Positions 35,195 through 44,525 of a DNA stretch of 64,000 nucleotides are shown here, in pieces. The stretch is from Patescibacteria group bacterium. GTDB lineage: Bacteria > Patescibacteriota > Microgenomatia > CAYGWK01. The stretch lies in assembly GCA_049322615.1 (NCBI GenBank), contig JBMORX010000003.1, positions 3,328 through 67,327 on the forward strand, in the 5' to 3' direction. The notes under the pieces were generated by a model, which saw nothing but the letters and a program-made list of their open reading frames with translations, was not told where the DNA came from and did no database searches. Numbering within the stretch: position 1 is the first letter of the stretch; each line of letters opens with the position of its first letter. Made by a program: the position numbers and the translations under genes.

Positions 35195-36559
35195 TTATTT
35201 TTTGGTAATCTTAATTCCTAGATCCCTCAATTGTTCTTCGGAAACTTCAGAGGGGGCATCCATGACCGAGGTCTGACCGCTGGCATTTGCAGGAAAAGCA
35301 ATCAGTTCCCGTAGACTTTTTTCGCCAGTTACAGCCATTAATAACCGATCAATTCCCAGGGCAATCCCCCCATGAGGCGGAACCCCATATTCAAACGCCC
35401 GAAGGAGATGACCAAACTTTTTCTCGATTTCCTCATCCGAAAGCCCAAGGATTCTAAAAACTTTTCTTTGAATTTCCGGATTGGTAATTCGCAGACTACC
35501 ACCGCCCACCTCAAATCCGTTGCAAACCAAATCATGCTGCCAAGAACGAACTTTCATCGGTTCTTTATCTAGTAAAGGAATATCTTCGTCTTTTGGGGCA
35601 GTAAAAGGATGATGAGAGGGGGCAATTTCCCTCTCTGGCGTCTTTTCAAACAATGGAAAATCCAAAACCCAAGTAAAAGCAACAATACCTGGATCCTTTT
35701 TTTCTCGGAGATCAAATTTGTCATCACCAAATTTTTTCATTGCTTCTTTGTAACTAAATCGGGGAAATGGTTTTTGAAAAAGTTCTTTCTTAAAAATCTT
35801 CTCGGTCAACTCGGTAAAAAGCACTTCAATTAATTGAAGTATTTCCTCTTGGGTAACAAAAGACATCTCCAAATCAAGTTGAGTAAATTCACCATAGGCT
35901 CGATCAGCCCGCGGGTCTTCATCACGAAAACAGCGGGCAATCTGATAATATTTCTCAAAGCCTGAAACCATTAAAAGTTGTTTATATTGTTGAGGAGATT
36001 GAGGAAGAGCATAAAACTTACCAGGTTTGAGTCTTGAAGGAACAATAAAATCTCGAGCGCCTTCAGGAGTGGCTTTGGTTAAAATTGGCGTTTCAATTTC
36101 AATAAAACCTCGTTCATCAAGCCAGTCACGAATAAACTTAATTGTTTTGTGTCTAAGTTCTAAGTGTTTAACCAGACGTGGGCGGCGAAGATCTAAATAG
36201 CGATATTTTAGTCTTAGGTCTTCGTCAATATCTAACCCTTCGGTATCTATCGGAAAAGGCAACTCTTTCGCTTTGGCCAAAACCTTAATTTCTTCTACCT
36301 CTACTTCTATCTCGCCTGTTGGGATTTTAGGATTTATCATTTCCTTGGGTCGTTTTCTAATTGCTCCAGTAATTTCAATCACATCCTCGGCTCGCAAATC
36401 CCCAAGTTTCTGATCGCCAACTATCTGAACAATTCCAGATCTGTCCCGAAGATCAACAAAAACCAGTTTTCCATGGTCCCGTCGAGCTTGAACCCAACCA
36501 CAAAGGCGAGCTTTTTCGCCTATTTTTTTAATTGTTTCTTGAGTAAGTATTCTTTCCAT
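35195..36559 (-). CDS. aspS: Aspartyl-tRNA synthetase, archaeal/short type lacking the GAD insertion
   Basis: Motif 2 reads CFRDEDPRADRAYGEFTQLDLEMSF and matches the AspRS consensus. It has an OB-fold N-terminus and is 454 aa. Confidence 0.85.
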   Translation of the reverse strand: MERILTQETIKKIGEKARLCGWVQARRDHGKLVFVDLRDRSGIVQIVGDQKLGDLRAEDVIEITGAIRKRPKEMINPKIPTGEIEVEVEEIKVLAKAKELPFPIDTEGLDIDEDLRLKYRYLDLRRPRLVKHLELRHKTIKFIRDWLDERGFIEIETPILTKATPEGARDFIVPSRLKPGKFYALPQSPQQYKQLLMVSGFEKYYQIARCFRDEDPRADRAYGEFTQLDLEMSFVTQEEILQLIEVLFTELTEKIFKKELFQKPFPRFSYKEAMKKFGDDKFDLREKKDPGIVAFTWVLDFPLFEKTPEREIAPSHHPFTAPKDEDIPLLDKEPMKVRSWQHDLVCNGFEVGGGSLRITNPEIQRKVFRILGLSDEEIEKKFGHLLRAFEYGVPPHGGIALGIDRLLMAVTGEKSLRELIAFPANASGQTSVMDAPSEVSEEQLRDLGIKITKK

Positions 36560-36572
36560 GACTACATTATAC

Positions 36573-38066
36573 TCAAGAGGGGCGGTCTTTACTAGAACGA
36601 AAATGTTTCAAGATTTCTTTCTTGGCAACCCTGGTGACGACAAAAGAAAGCCAATCGCGCGATGGACCTTTCTTTTTTTCTGAAGTCAAAATCTCAACCA
36701 TATCTCCACTTTTAAGTTTTGAATCTAGGGAAACCATTTTCCCATTAACCTTTGCTCCCACTGCCTTGTCTCCAAGTTCAGTATGGACCGCATAAGCAAA
36801 ATCAATGGGGGAAGACTCGACCGGTAGATCAAAAACATCTCCATTTGGGGAAAAGACAAAAATCCGGTGGCGCAGAGCATCAAATTTTAAAGCATCTAAA
36901 AACTCGCTGGAGTCAACCATTTCTTTTTGCCAAGCCACAAGTTGTTTAACCCAGGAAAGTTTTTCATCAGGGGCAAAAACTCCGTCTCTAAGTCTTTTAC
37001 CCGAGACGCCAGCCGTTTTTAGATGTCCATAATACCAATGGGCGGCGATTCCATTTTCTGCCTCCTCGTGCATCTCGTAAGTTCTTATTTGAACCTCAAT
37101 AATTTTTCCTCCCGGTCCAAAAACTTTGGTATGAATTGAGCGATAACCATTTGGTTTGGGAACAGCAATGAAATCAGAAATCCCAACGAAGGGTACTGGT
37201 TTCCAAATTTTATGAACTACTCCTAAGGCAGCATAACAATCACGAACTGAATTCACCAAAATCCGAAGAGCAACAAGATCATGAATTTTTGTAATATCTT
37301 TATCAACTTCAGGACGGAGAAGTTTTCGCCATAAAGAATATAAGTGTTTAGCCCGACCCGAAACCTCGGCTTTTATTTTTTCTTTTTTTAATTCTTCAAG
37401 GATTGCTTTTCTGGCACCCTGGACGTATTCTTCTGCTTGGTGATAGTATGGGACGGAATAATTTCTAACCCAGGCAAAATCTTGGGGATAAACATAGGGA
37501 AAAGCTAAATCCTCAAGTCTTCCCTTTATCTCTCCAATCCCGAGTCTCTCCGCTAAAGGAGCATAAACCTCAAGTGTCTCCTTGGCAATTCTCTTTTGTT
37601 TCTCTTCTGGCAAGAAGGAAAGAGTCTGCATATTATGATAGCGATCCGCCAGCTTAATTAGAACAACCCGCAAATCGTGAGCCATCACCACAAGCATTTT
37701 TCTTAAATTCTCGACAAATTGTTCTTCAACTGAACCCCGAAGTTTTAACTCGCCAATTTTGGTCACCCCCCAAACCAACTCTGCCACCTGTTCTCCAAAT
37801 TCTTTTTTTACTTCTTCGAGGGTTTTTCCACCATCTTCAATCACATCATGCAAAAGCCCGGCAATAATTGAAGTTGTATCCAATTTCCAGTCAGCTAAAA
37901 TTTCCGCCACCGAAAGTAAATGATCTAAAACCGGCTCACCGGAAAGACGAACTTGGCCAAGATGGGCTTCAGAAACAAAAATAAAGGCTTTTTTTACCTT
38001 ATCAAGACCAGCTTCAGGATTATAGTTTTTTATTTTCTCAATTAATGTTTTAAATTCTTTCTCCAT
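36573..38066 (-). CDS. rel: RelA/SpoT family (p)ppGpp synthetase/hydrolase (short, HD + synthetase + TGS)
   Basis: It has an HD hydrolase motif (LLHDVIEDGG), the synthetase motif YRSIHTKVFGPGGKIIEVQIRT and a TGS-like C-terminus. Confidence 0.85.
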   Translation of the reverse strand: MEKEFKTLIEKIKNYNPEAGLDKVKKAFIFVSEAHLGQVRLSGEPVLDHLLSVAEILADWKLDTTSIIAGLLHDVIEDGGKTLEEVKKEFGEQVAELVWGVTKIGELKLRGSVEEQFVENLRKMLVVMAHDLRVVLIKLADRYHNMQTLSFLPEEKQKRIAKETLEVYAPLAERLGIGEIKGRLEDLAFPYVYPQDFAWVRNYSVPYYHQAEEYVQGARKAILEELKKEKIKAEVSGRAKHLYSLWRKLLRPEVDKDITKIHDLVALRILVNSVRDCYAALGVVHKIWKPVPFVGISDFIAVPKPNGYRSIHTKVFGPGGKIIEVQIRTYEMHEEAENGIAAHWYYGHLKTAGVSGKRLRDGVFAPDEKLSWVKQLVAWQKEMVDSSEFLDALKFDALRHRIFVFSPNGDVFDLPVESSPIDFAYAVHTELGDKAVGAKVNGKMVSLDSKLKSGDMVEILTSEKKKGPSRDWLSFVVTRVAKKEILKHFRSSKDRPS

Positions 38067-39732
38067 CGCTTGCCCTTAGATCCTTAATTTTAAGTTGTAA
38101 TCTTTTTTCGTTATTCCACTGGTCACAAGTGAGGGTGTAGACTAAATCAAGTTCTTCATCCGGTGAAAGTTCCTGGAAAATACTTCCCATTCCAAAACCA
38201 ATAGCGTCAAACGTAACAAGAGACAAGGGACAGGCAACACGGAGCTTCAGATGCTTACCATCACCGCCAACAACCTTAGCGTCCGTAATAGTTAGGTTTC
38301 GGCTTAAGAAAACTGGCTCAGGATTGGCAAAACCAAATGGCTCAAGTTTTTTTAAGTTTTCAAAAAGTTCAAGATTTATATCAGAAAAATCAAGTTCCAA
38401 ATCAATTTTTAAAACTGGGGTCAATTTTTCTTCATCGAGTTCTCTTTCAGTAAATTGAGAAAGTCTGGTTTTTAACTCCTCAATTCTGGCTGTTTCAACC
38501 GTAAAACCAGCGGCTAAAGCATGACCCCCGTGAGGACCTAAAATATCAGCGCAGATCCTGATCGCCTCAACAATATTAAAACCATTAATTGAACGGGCGG
38601 AAGCCCGAGAATATTTTTCTCCTTGAGCAACAATAATTGCCGGTCGGTAAAACTCATCTACCAATTTTCCTGCTATCAATCCGACAATCCCTTCCTCATA
38701 AGACTGGTGCGAAACAAAAATCAGTTTACCTTTTCCATCCTGGGTAAGCCACAAATCTCGAGCATGGATAGTCATCTGTTCAGTTAAGAGTTGACGTTCT
38801 CGGTTTTGCTGATCAATTTTTCGGGCTAAAAGCGCTGCCTTTTCTACGTCTTTAGTGCAGAGCAGTCTCAGCGACTCCATCGGGTCCTCTATCCGTCCGG
38901 CAGCATTAAGCCGTGGACCAATAATAAACCCGATTTCATAAGTGCCAATATTCTCGGGAATTATCCCAGCCGCTTTGTAGAGTTGCCGAAGACCCAATCT
39001 TTTTGTCTTTCTGACCTCCGATAATCCATGATAAACAAGGCAGCGGTTTACCCCGATGAGGGGCATGACATCTACCACTGTTCCAATGGTGACCAAATCA
39101 AGTCCGGGTTTACCCAGTCTTGTGGCTAAAAACCAAGAGACGCCAGACCCAGAAAGCTTAGTGGTGTGAACTATTGCCTTGGCTTTGGGAATTTTTGCTC
39201 CCAGTAAATGATGGTCGGTTACAATCACATCAATTCCAATTTTTTGAGCATGTTCTACCTGCTTTAGGGCAACAATCCCATGGTCTGCGGTTATTATCAA
39301 ACCAATTTTGTCTTTAGCAAATTCATCAATTCTTTCAATCCTCATTCCATAACCTTCTTCTCTTTTAGGAATAAATGGCATAACCTCTGCTCCGAGCTTA
39401 TGAAGTGTTTCCCAAAGAATTGCCGTGGCGCAAACTCCATCAGTATCGTAGTCTCCATAAATTATGATTTTTTCTTTTTTTGAGATTGCCATTTTAATCC
39501 GCTTGACAGCCCCAGCCACCTGTTTCGGATTGATTCCTAAATCTTTGGCAGTCAGTTTATAAGGGTCAGGAGGGTTTAAAAATTCTTTAACTTCTTTCTT
39601 GGTCTTTATCCCCCGATTCGCCAATAAAATCTTAACAATCTGGTCAATTTTGATTTTTGATTTTTGATTTTTGAGTTTATTTAATATCGTCCATTTCTTC
39701 ATGATATCCCGCTCAGCGGGATGTATAATCAC
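38050..39732 (-). CDS. recJ: Single-stranded-DNA-specific exonuclease RecJ
   Basis: It has the DHH motifs (YGDYDTDGVCATAIL, ITADHG), a DHHA1 domain and a C-terminal OB fold. Confidence 0.85.
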   Translation of the reverse strand: MIIHPAERDIMKKWTILNKLKNQKSKIKIDQIVKILLANRGIKTKKEVKEFLNPPDPYKLTAKDLGINPKQVAGAVKRIKMAISKKEKIIIYGDYDTDGVCATAILWETLHKLGAEVMPFIPKREEGYGMRIERIDEFAKDKIGLIITADHGIVALKQVEHAQKIGIDVIVTDHHLLGAKIPKAKAIVHTTKLSGSGVSWFLATRLGKPGLDLVTIGTVVDVMPLIGVNRCLVYHGLSEVRKTKRLGLRQLYKAAGIIPENIGTYEIGFIIGPRLNAAGRIEDPMESLRLLCTKDVEKAALLARKIDQQNRERQLLTEQMTIHARDLWLTQDGKGKLIFVSHQSYEEGIVGLIAGKLVDEFYRPAIIVAQGEKYSRASARSINGFNIVEAIRICADILGPHGGHALAAGFTVETARIEELKTRLSQFTERELDEEKLTPVLKIDLELDFSDINLELFENLKKLEPFGFANPEPVFLSRNLTITDAKVVGGDGKHLKLRVACPLSLVTFDAIGFGMGSIFQELSPDEELDLVYTLTCDQWNNEKRLQLKIKDLRASDGERI

Positions 39733-39758
39733 GCTTAGCGTGATATAATCATATCAGG

Positions 39759-41105
39759 ATGAAGCTTGAACTTCCAGAGTTTGTTTGCCAAATTTTAGAA
39801 AAATTTAAAGCCTGCGGCTTTGAAATTTATATTGTTGGTGGTTCGGTTAGAGATATACTTTTAGGCAGGGAAGTTATTGATTGGGACTTTACTACCAATG
39901 CCCCACCAGTACAAATTCTAGAAATTTTTCCTGATGGTTTTTATGACAATAAATTCGGGACGGTGGGAATTTCTCATCCCTCATCACCTTATCCTTATGA
40001 AATTACCACCTTTAGAAAAGAAGTTGGCTATTCAGATCGAAGACATCCTGACAAGGTAATTTGGGGAGACACTCTGGAAGAAGATTTAGGTAGACGAGAT
40101 TTTACAATTAATGCCATGGCTCTTCGCTATGCTCAGGGTAAACCTTCACTTATTGATTATTTTGACGGACAAAAAGATTTAAAAGCAAGACTTATTCGGG
40201 CAGTTGGAAATCCAAATAAAAGATTTTCCGAGGATGCCCTGCGTTTGATGCGGGCAATTCGACTTGCCACGGAGATTTCTTTTACCATCGAACCAAAAAC
40301 TTTCCAAGCCATAAAAGAAAATGCCACTTTAATTAATCAAATTGCTAAAGAGCGCGTTAGAGACGAGCTTTTCAAAATTCTCAAAAGCGATTTTCCTGCT
40401 GATGGATTCACTTTACTTTTGTCTTCAGGACTTCTGGAACAAATTATGCCAGAACTTCTCAAGGGTTACGGAGTGGAACAAGCAAAACATCATATCTATG
40501 ATGTTTGGACCCACTCACTTTTATCTTTAAAAAATTGTCCCAGCCCCGACCCTCTGGTTCGCCTGGCAACCCTACTTCATGATATTGGCAAACCAGTGGT
40601 TGCCAAAGGTTCAGGAGAAAAAAGAACTTTCTATAACCACGAGGTCGTCAGCGCTTCAATCGCCAGGAATATTGGTGCAAGGCTTCGCTTATCAAAAAAA
40701 CAAATAGGAAAACTAGTCATCCTTGTTCGCTGGCATCAATTTACGTGCGATGAGAGACAAACTGATTCGGCGATTAGGCGTTTTATCAGAAATGTTGGCA
40801 AAGAAAATTTACAAGATATGCTTGACCTTCGGGTTGGCGACAGGCTTGGGGGCGGCGCTCGAGAAACCTCTTGGAGACTAGAAGAATTTAAAAAAAGACT
40901 TTTAGAAGTTCAAAAACAACCGTTCTCTGTCACTGATTTAAAAGTTAATGGCAATGATGTCATGGAAATTTTAAAGATAGGTCCAGGACCAAGGGTTGGA
41001 AAAATTCTCGAAGCCCTTTTTGCTGAAGTGGTTGAAGATATGAAAAGAAACGAAAGAAAATGTCTTTTGAAACGTATCAGAGAAATCGGTAAAACCCTAG
41101 TTTAA
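39759..41105 (+). CDS. cca: CCA-adding tRNA nucleotidyltransferase with an HD domain
   Basis: It has the Pol-beta head motif GGSVRDILLGREVIDWDFTT and an HD domain (LLHDIGKP). Confidence 0.8.
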   Translation: MKLELPEFVCQILEKFKACGFEIYIVGGSVRDILLGREVIDWDFTTNAPPVQILEIFPDGFYDNKFGTVGISHPSSPYPYEITTFRKEVGYSDRRHPDKVIWGDTLEEDLGRRDFTINAMALRYAQGKPSLIDYFDGQKDLKARLIRAVGNPNKRFSEDALRLMRAIRLATEISFTIEPKTFQAIKENATLINQIAKERVRDELFKILKSDFPADGFTLLLSSGLLEQIMPELLKGYGVEQAKHHIYDVWTHSLLSLKNCPSPDPLVRLATLLHDIGKPVVAKGSGEKRTFYNHEVVSASIARNIGARLRLSKKQIGKLVILVRWHQFTCDERQTDSAIRRFIRNVGKENLQDMLDLRVGDRLGGGARETSWRLEEFKKRLLEVQKQPFSVTDLKVNGNDVMEILKIGPGPRVGKILEALFAEVVEDMKRNERKCLLKRIREIGKTLV

Positions 41106-41369
41106 TTAATTAAACTACAATTTCTTTCCGCTATCATGATATAAATCAATAGAGCAAGCCGCTACAATTTCCGCGATTCCCGATACAGTAGCGGAATGGG
41201 TATTGCTAAAAAGGTAGTTAAATATTACAATCAGGAAAGAATTAATAGCAACCATGGTTGCTCACCTTTTGAATCCTTAAGAGAAACTTTTACAAAAATA
41301 AATAACTGTTCTAGCTTAAAAAGAACCAAAAGTGGTTCAGAAAAAGGGTTTCAGTTCCAATTAAGTAGC

Positions 41370-42326
41370 ATGGATAATATAGATTTAGCTAAAAAAATTC
41401 TAGCTCGACACAAAATCACTTCGACTACCTTAGTTCCCTTAACAGGCGGTCAGGTAAATTTAATTTATAAAATCGACAACGGATACATCCTAAGAATTGG
41501 TAGAGATAAAGATTCATCTCGAAGATTACAGCATGAGTTCGACTTATTTAAATCACTTAAAGACAAGATACCTGTTCCGGAAATTTGTAACACTGGCGAG
41601 TTTGATGGAAACACATATCAAATTCAAAAACTCATTCCGGGGATTTTGCTGTCTAGGATTTGGAGGGAATTGACTTCTAAAGTGAAAGAATTGTTAGTAA
41701 AAGAAATAGTTACCTATCTCAAAATACTTCATCAAATTACTTTTGATAATTACGGATTGCAATATTCTGGCGAAAAATATACAAGATGGGTTGAGTTTTG
41801 GGAAGACAAGATTCGGCTGCTAAAAGTAGAGCTATCTTCTATTCAGACCTATCTACCAGAAGATATTTTAAATCTTGTTTTTAAACACTTTGAAACGAAC
41901 AAACATCTGCTTGGTGATGGAAAACCAGTTTTTATCCACGGAGATTTTTGGCCAGGAAATATCCTCGTCCACAAAAACAAAGTAAGCGGCTTTCTTGATT
42001 TTGAATTCGCAAGCCAAGCACCAAAAGAATACGAATTACTCTCTATCGAACGGTTTTGTTTGTATCCCAACGATTACGAAGACGAGGGAAAATATACTTC
42101 AACCGACTTCATAGATTTTGCTGTGCTATTCAAAAAATACTACCCCGAAATACTAGAAATCAAAAATTTAAGAAAAAGGCTAGACCTTTATCAAATGATT
42201 AGATGCATAGAATCCCACATAGGATACCTGGAGCGGCATTTATTATCACCAGAAAAATATTTTCCAATAAATCCAGTCGCTAAAATTACAAATTTTTTGT
42301 ACCAAGAGGGTGCACGAATTTTCTAA
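41370..42326 (+). CDS. Phosphotransferase enzyme family (APH/choline-kinase-like) protein, start moved to the internal Met MDNIDL
   Basis: It has the Brenner motif HGDFWPGNILV and the FLDFEFA motif. Confidence 0.6.
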   Translation: MDNIDLAKKILARHKITSTTLVPLTGGQVNLIYKIDNGYILRIGRDKDSSRRLQHEFDLFKSLKDKIPVPEICNTGEFDGNTYQIQKLIPGILLSRIWRELTSKVKELLVKEIVTYLKILHQITFDNYGLQYSGEKYTRWVEFWEDKIRLLKVELSSIQTYLPEDILNLVFKHFETNKHLLGDGKPVFIHGDFWPGNILVHKNKVSGFLDFEFASQAPKEYELLSIERFCLYPNDYEDEGKYTSTDFIDFAVLFKKYYPEILEIKNLRKRLDLYQMIRCIESHIGYLERHLLSPEKYFPINPVAKITNFLYQEGARIF

Positions 42327-42395
42327 TACTTAATTCTAATCTGGTTCAATGCTCTTACAATACGGTATCGTAATGAGGCTGCGATCCGGTAAAAT

Positions 42396-43229
42396 TTAAA
42401 TTTCGCGCTTCTTTAATTTTTTTTCTATTTTTTCTGCAACTTCAAAATAAATTTCCGAACTATACATAGATCTTTTGTCTAGAAACTCAGGGCTAATTTT
42501 TGCTTCTCGAATAATTTTTCTTGCCTGGTTTTTGGTTAATTTTTGCTGGTAAAGTTTAGCAAAAATTTTAATGACTGCTTCTCGCAAAGCATTTTTCACT
42601 AAGGCTGGCTCATGTTCATAAAGATATTGACGAATAAAACGGCCAATGTCTCCAACCGAAAGAGACTCTTTGAGTCTGGTAATCTTTATAACCACGGCAT
42701 TACTATCTGAAACAGGATAAAAAGCGGTTTTTGGGATATCAAAAACTTTTTCAATCTTATAAAAGGCGCTAAAAATCGGTGACTCAAGAATTTTAAAAAG
42801 AAATTTTTTCGGAATAACAAAAACGATCATTTTAAATGGAGTATGGGTAAACTTGTGCATCATTGGCTCACAAAGACTGTAAGGAAGATTAGAAATCAAT
42901 TTATCGAAAGATATTTTGGGCCGATGGGGTCCGCCCAAAATTTTCCAGGCATCTCCGTAGACAACTTTAACATAACGAGGAAGTTTATCAAGAATTGGTT
43001 TAAATCTCTTATCTATCTCAATCGCCAAAACATTGTTGGTGTATTTTGCTAGCTCTCGAGTAATCAAACCAAGTCCCGCGCCAATTTCGACCACCTGCTC
43101 GTTTGGTTGAATTTCGGCGATTTCAACAATCTTTTCAAGAATATCTTGGTCAACCAGAAAAAATTGATCTTTAAGAGGATCTGGCTTGATTTTATATTGA
43201 GTTAAAAGTTTTCCTATTTCCTCTTCCAT
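42396..43229 (-). CDS. rsmA: 16S rRNA (adenine1518/1519-N6)-dimethyltransferase RsmA/KsgA
   Basis: It has SAM motif I (VVEIGAGLGLITREL) and the NLPY motif. Confidence 0.85.
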   Translation of the reverse strand: MEEEIGKLLTQYKIKPDPLKDQFFLVDQDILEKIVEIAEIQPNEQVVEIGAGLGLITRELAKYTNNVLAIEIDKRFKPILDKLPRYVKVVYGDAWKILGGPHRPKISFDKLISNLPYSLCEPMMHKFTHTPFKMIVFVIPKKFLFKILESPIFSAFYKIEKVFDIPKTAFYPVSDSNAVVIKITRLKESLSVGDIGRFIRQYLYEHEPALVKNALREAVIKIFAKLYQQKLTKNQARKIIREAKISPEFLDKRSMYSSEIYFEVAEKIEKKLKKREI

Positions 43230-43292
43230 AGGATAATTTTAGTATTCTTCAAGGCGGTGTAAGCGATTTAAATCATTAGAACAAGCCGCGCA

Positions 43293-43316
43293 TCATATAT
43301 TAATATATGATGCATA
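43293..43316. promoter_or_regulatory. Perfect 24-bp palindrome GCATCATATATTAATATATGATGC upstream of rsmA
   Basis: I read it directly. An adjacent GATTTAAATCA half-copy of the tsaB-type palindrome lies at 43277-43287. Confidence 0.45.
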
Positions 43317-43338
43317 AAGAGGTAATGAAAATCATATT

Positions 43339-43599
43339 TTAGACCTGAGGTTTCTGATAACTCTCAAAGGCAGCAGCCGCTGTCGGATTAACGCCCCTTA
43401 AAAGCTCTAAAACTTTGTTTCTGATTTCTAACGAATGAATAATCCCGTTTTGAGCCGCACCTTGAGCCCAAGACTCAACTTGAACGGTAATGCTTTCTGC
43501 CTCTGCAGCACTTGCTCCAGATTTGAGCAAACCCGCTGATATTTTATTGCGATCAAAAGGCTCGAGACTTCCGTCCTTCTTTTGAACTTGCAAATTCAT
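43339..43599 (-). CDS. ATP-cone domain protein (86 aa)
   Basis: The N-terminus KKDGSLEPFDRNKI matches the ATP-cone consensus (V.KRDG..E.FD..KI). Confidence 0.5.
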   Translation of the reverse strand: MNLQVQKKDGSLEPFDRNKISAGLLKSGASAAEAESITVQVESWAQGAAQNGIIHSLEIRNKVLELLRGVNPTAAAAFESYQKPQV

Positions 43600-44495
43600 T
43601 TTCTCACCCCCTTTCTTCTTTCTTCAATTTGATTCCAGATGACTAACAAGGGGGCGGCGGTGAAGGTTGAAGAATAAGTTCCGGAGATGGTGCCGATTAA
43701 CAAAGCGGCAACAAACCACTTAATAGTTACCCCTCCTAAAAGTAAAAGAGCAATTAACATAAAAATAATAGTTAGGGAGTTATTCAAAGACCGCGAGAGG
43801 GTCTCGGTGACGGCTTTGTTAACTAAATCCACAAATGCTGTTTGGGGCAATCTTTTTTGCGATTCCCGAATTCGGTCATAAACAACGACCGTATCATGAA
43901 CCGAGAAAGAAAGAATCGTCAACATGGCGGTCACAAATAAAGTATCAATTTCAACGTTCAAGAAATGTCCCAAAAGAGAAAAACTTCCCAATAAAACAAA
44001 GGAGTCATGAAACATTGCCAAAATGGCGCAAATTCCAAACTTAGGGTCTTTGAAAGCCCAGGCAACATAACCTAGAATAAATCCAGCAGCCAAGATTATG
44101 GCAATCAAAGTTTTTACTAAGAGTTCTCGTCCCAAAATCGGACCAACGGTTTCAAAGCGAAGTTCTTGGGGCATTTCTTCAAATTTCTCCGCCAAGGCGG
44201 CTTTGATGGTTGAAACATCGTCTTTGGTGATTGGTTTTAAGCGGATTAAAACAGTTTTGTTGCCGGAAATTTGAACTGAAGAAACATCAAAATTTTTATT
44301 TTTTATCGTCTCCTCAATTGCTAAATTGCTAAATTGCTCAATTGCTGGCTTCTCGAATTTCAATTCGAGTAAAGAACCGCCGGTGAAATCAATTGAGGGT
44401 TTAAGACCAAAGAGGATAAGAGAAAAAATTCCCGGCACCAAAACCAGGGCGGATAAAAGAAAATACAGCCATTTAAATTTCATAAAATTCAACAT
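43596..44495 (-). CDS. secF: Protein-export membrane protein SecF
   Basis: It has six TM helices and the SecD/F family topology. It lies downstream of secD. Confidence 0.85.
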   Translation of the reverse strand: MLNFMKFKWLYFLLSALVLVPGIFSLILFGLKPSIDFTGGSLLELKFEKPAIEQFSNLAIEETIKNKNFDVSSVQISGNKTVLIRLKPITKDDVSTIKAALAEKFEEMPQELRFETVGPILGRELLVKTLIAIILAAGFILGYVAWAFKDPKFGICAILAMFHDSFVLLGSFSLLGHFLNVEIDTLFVTAMLTILSFSVHDTVVVYDRIRESQKRLPQTAFVDLVNKAVTETLSRSLNNSLTIIFMLIALLLLGGVTIKWFVAALLIGTISGTYSSTFTAAPLLVIWNQIEERRKGVRK

Positions 44496-44525
44496 CCGAA
44501 TACTCCCGAATTTAAATAATCCGAA

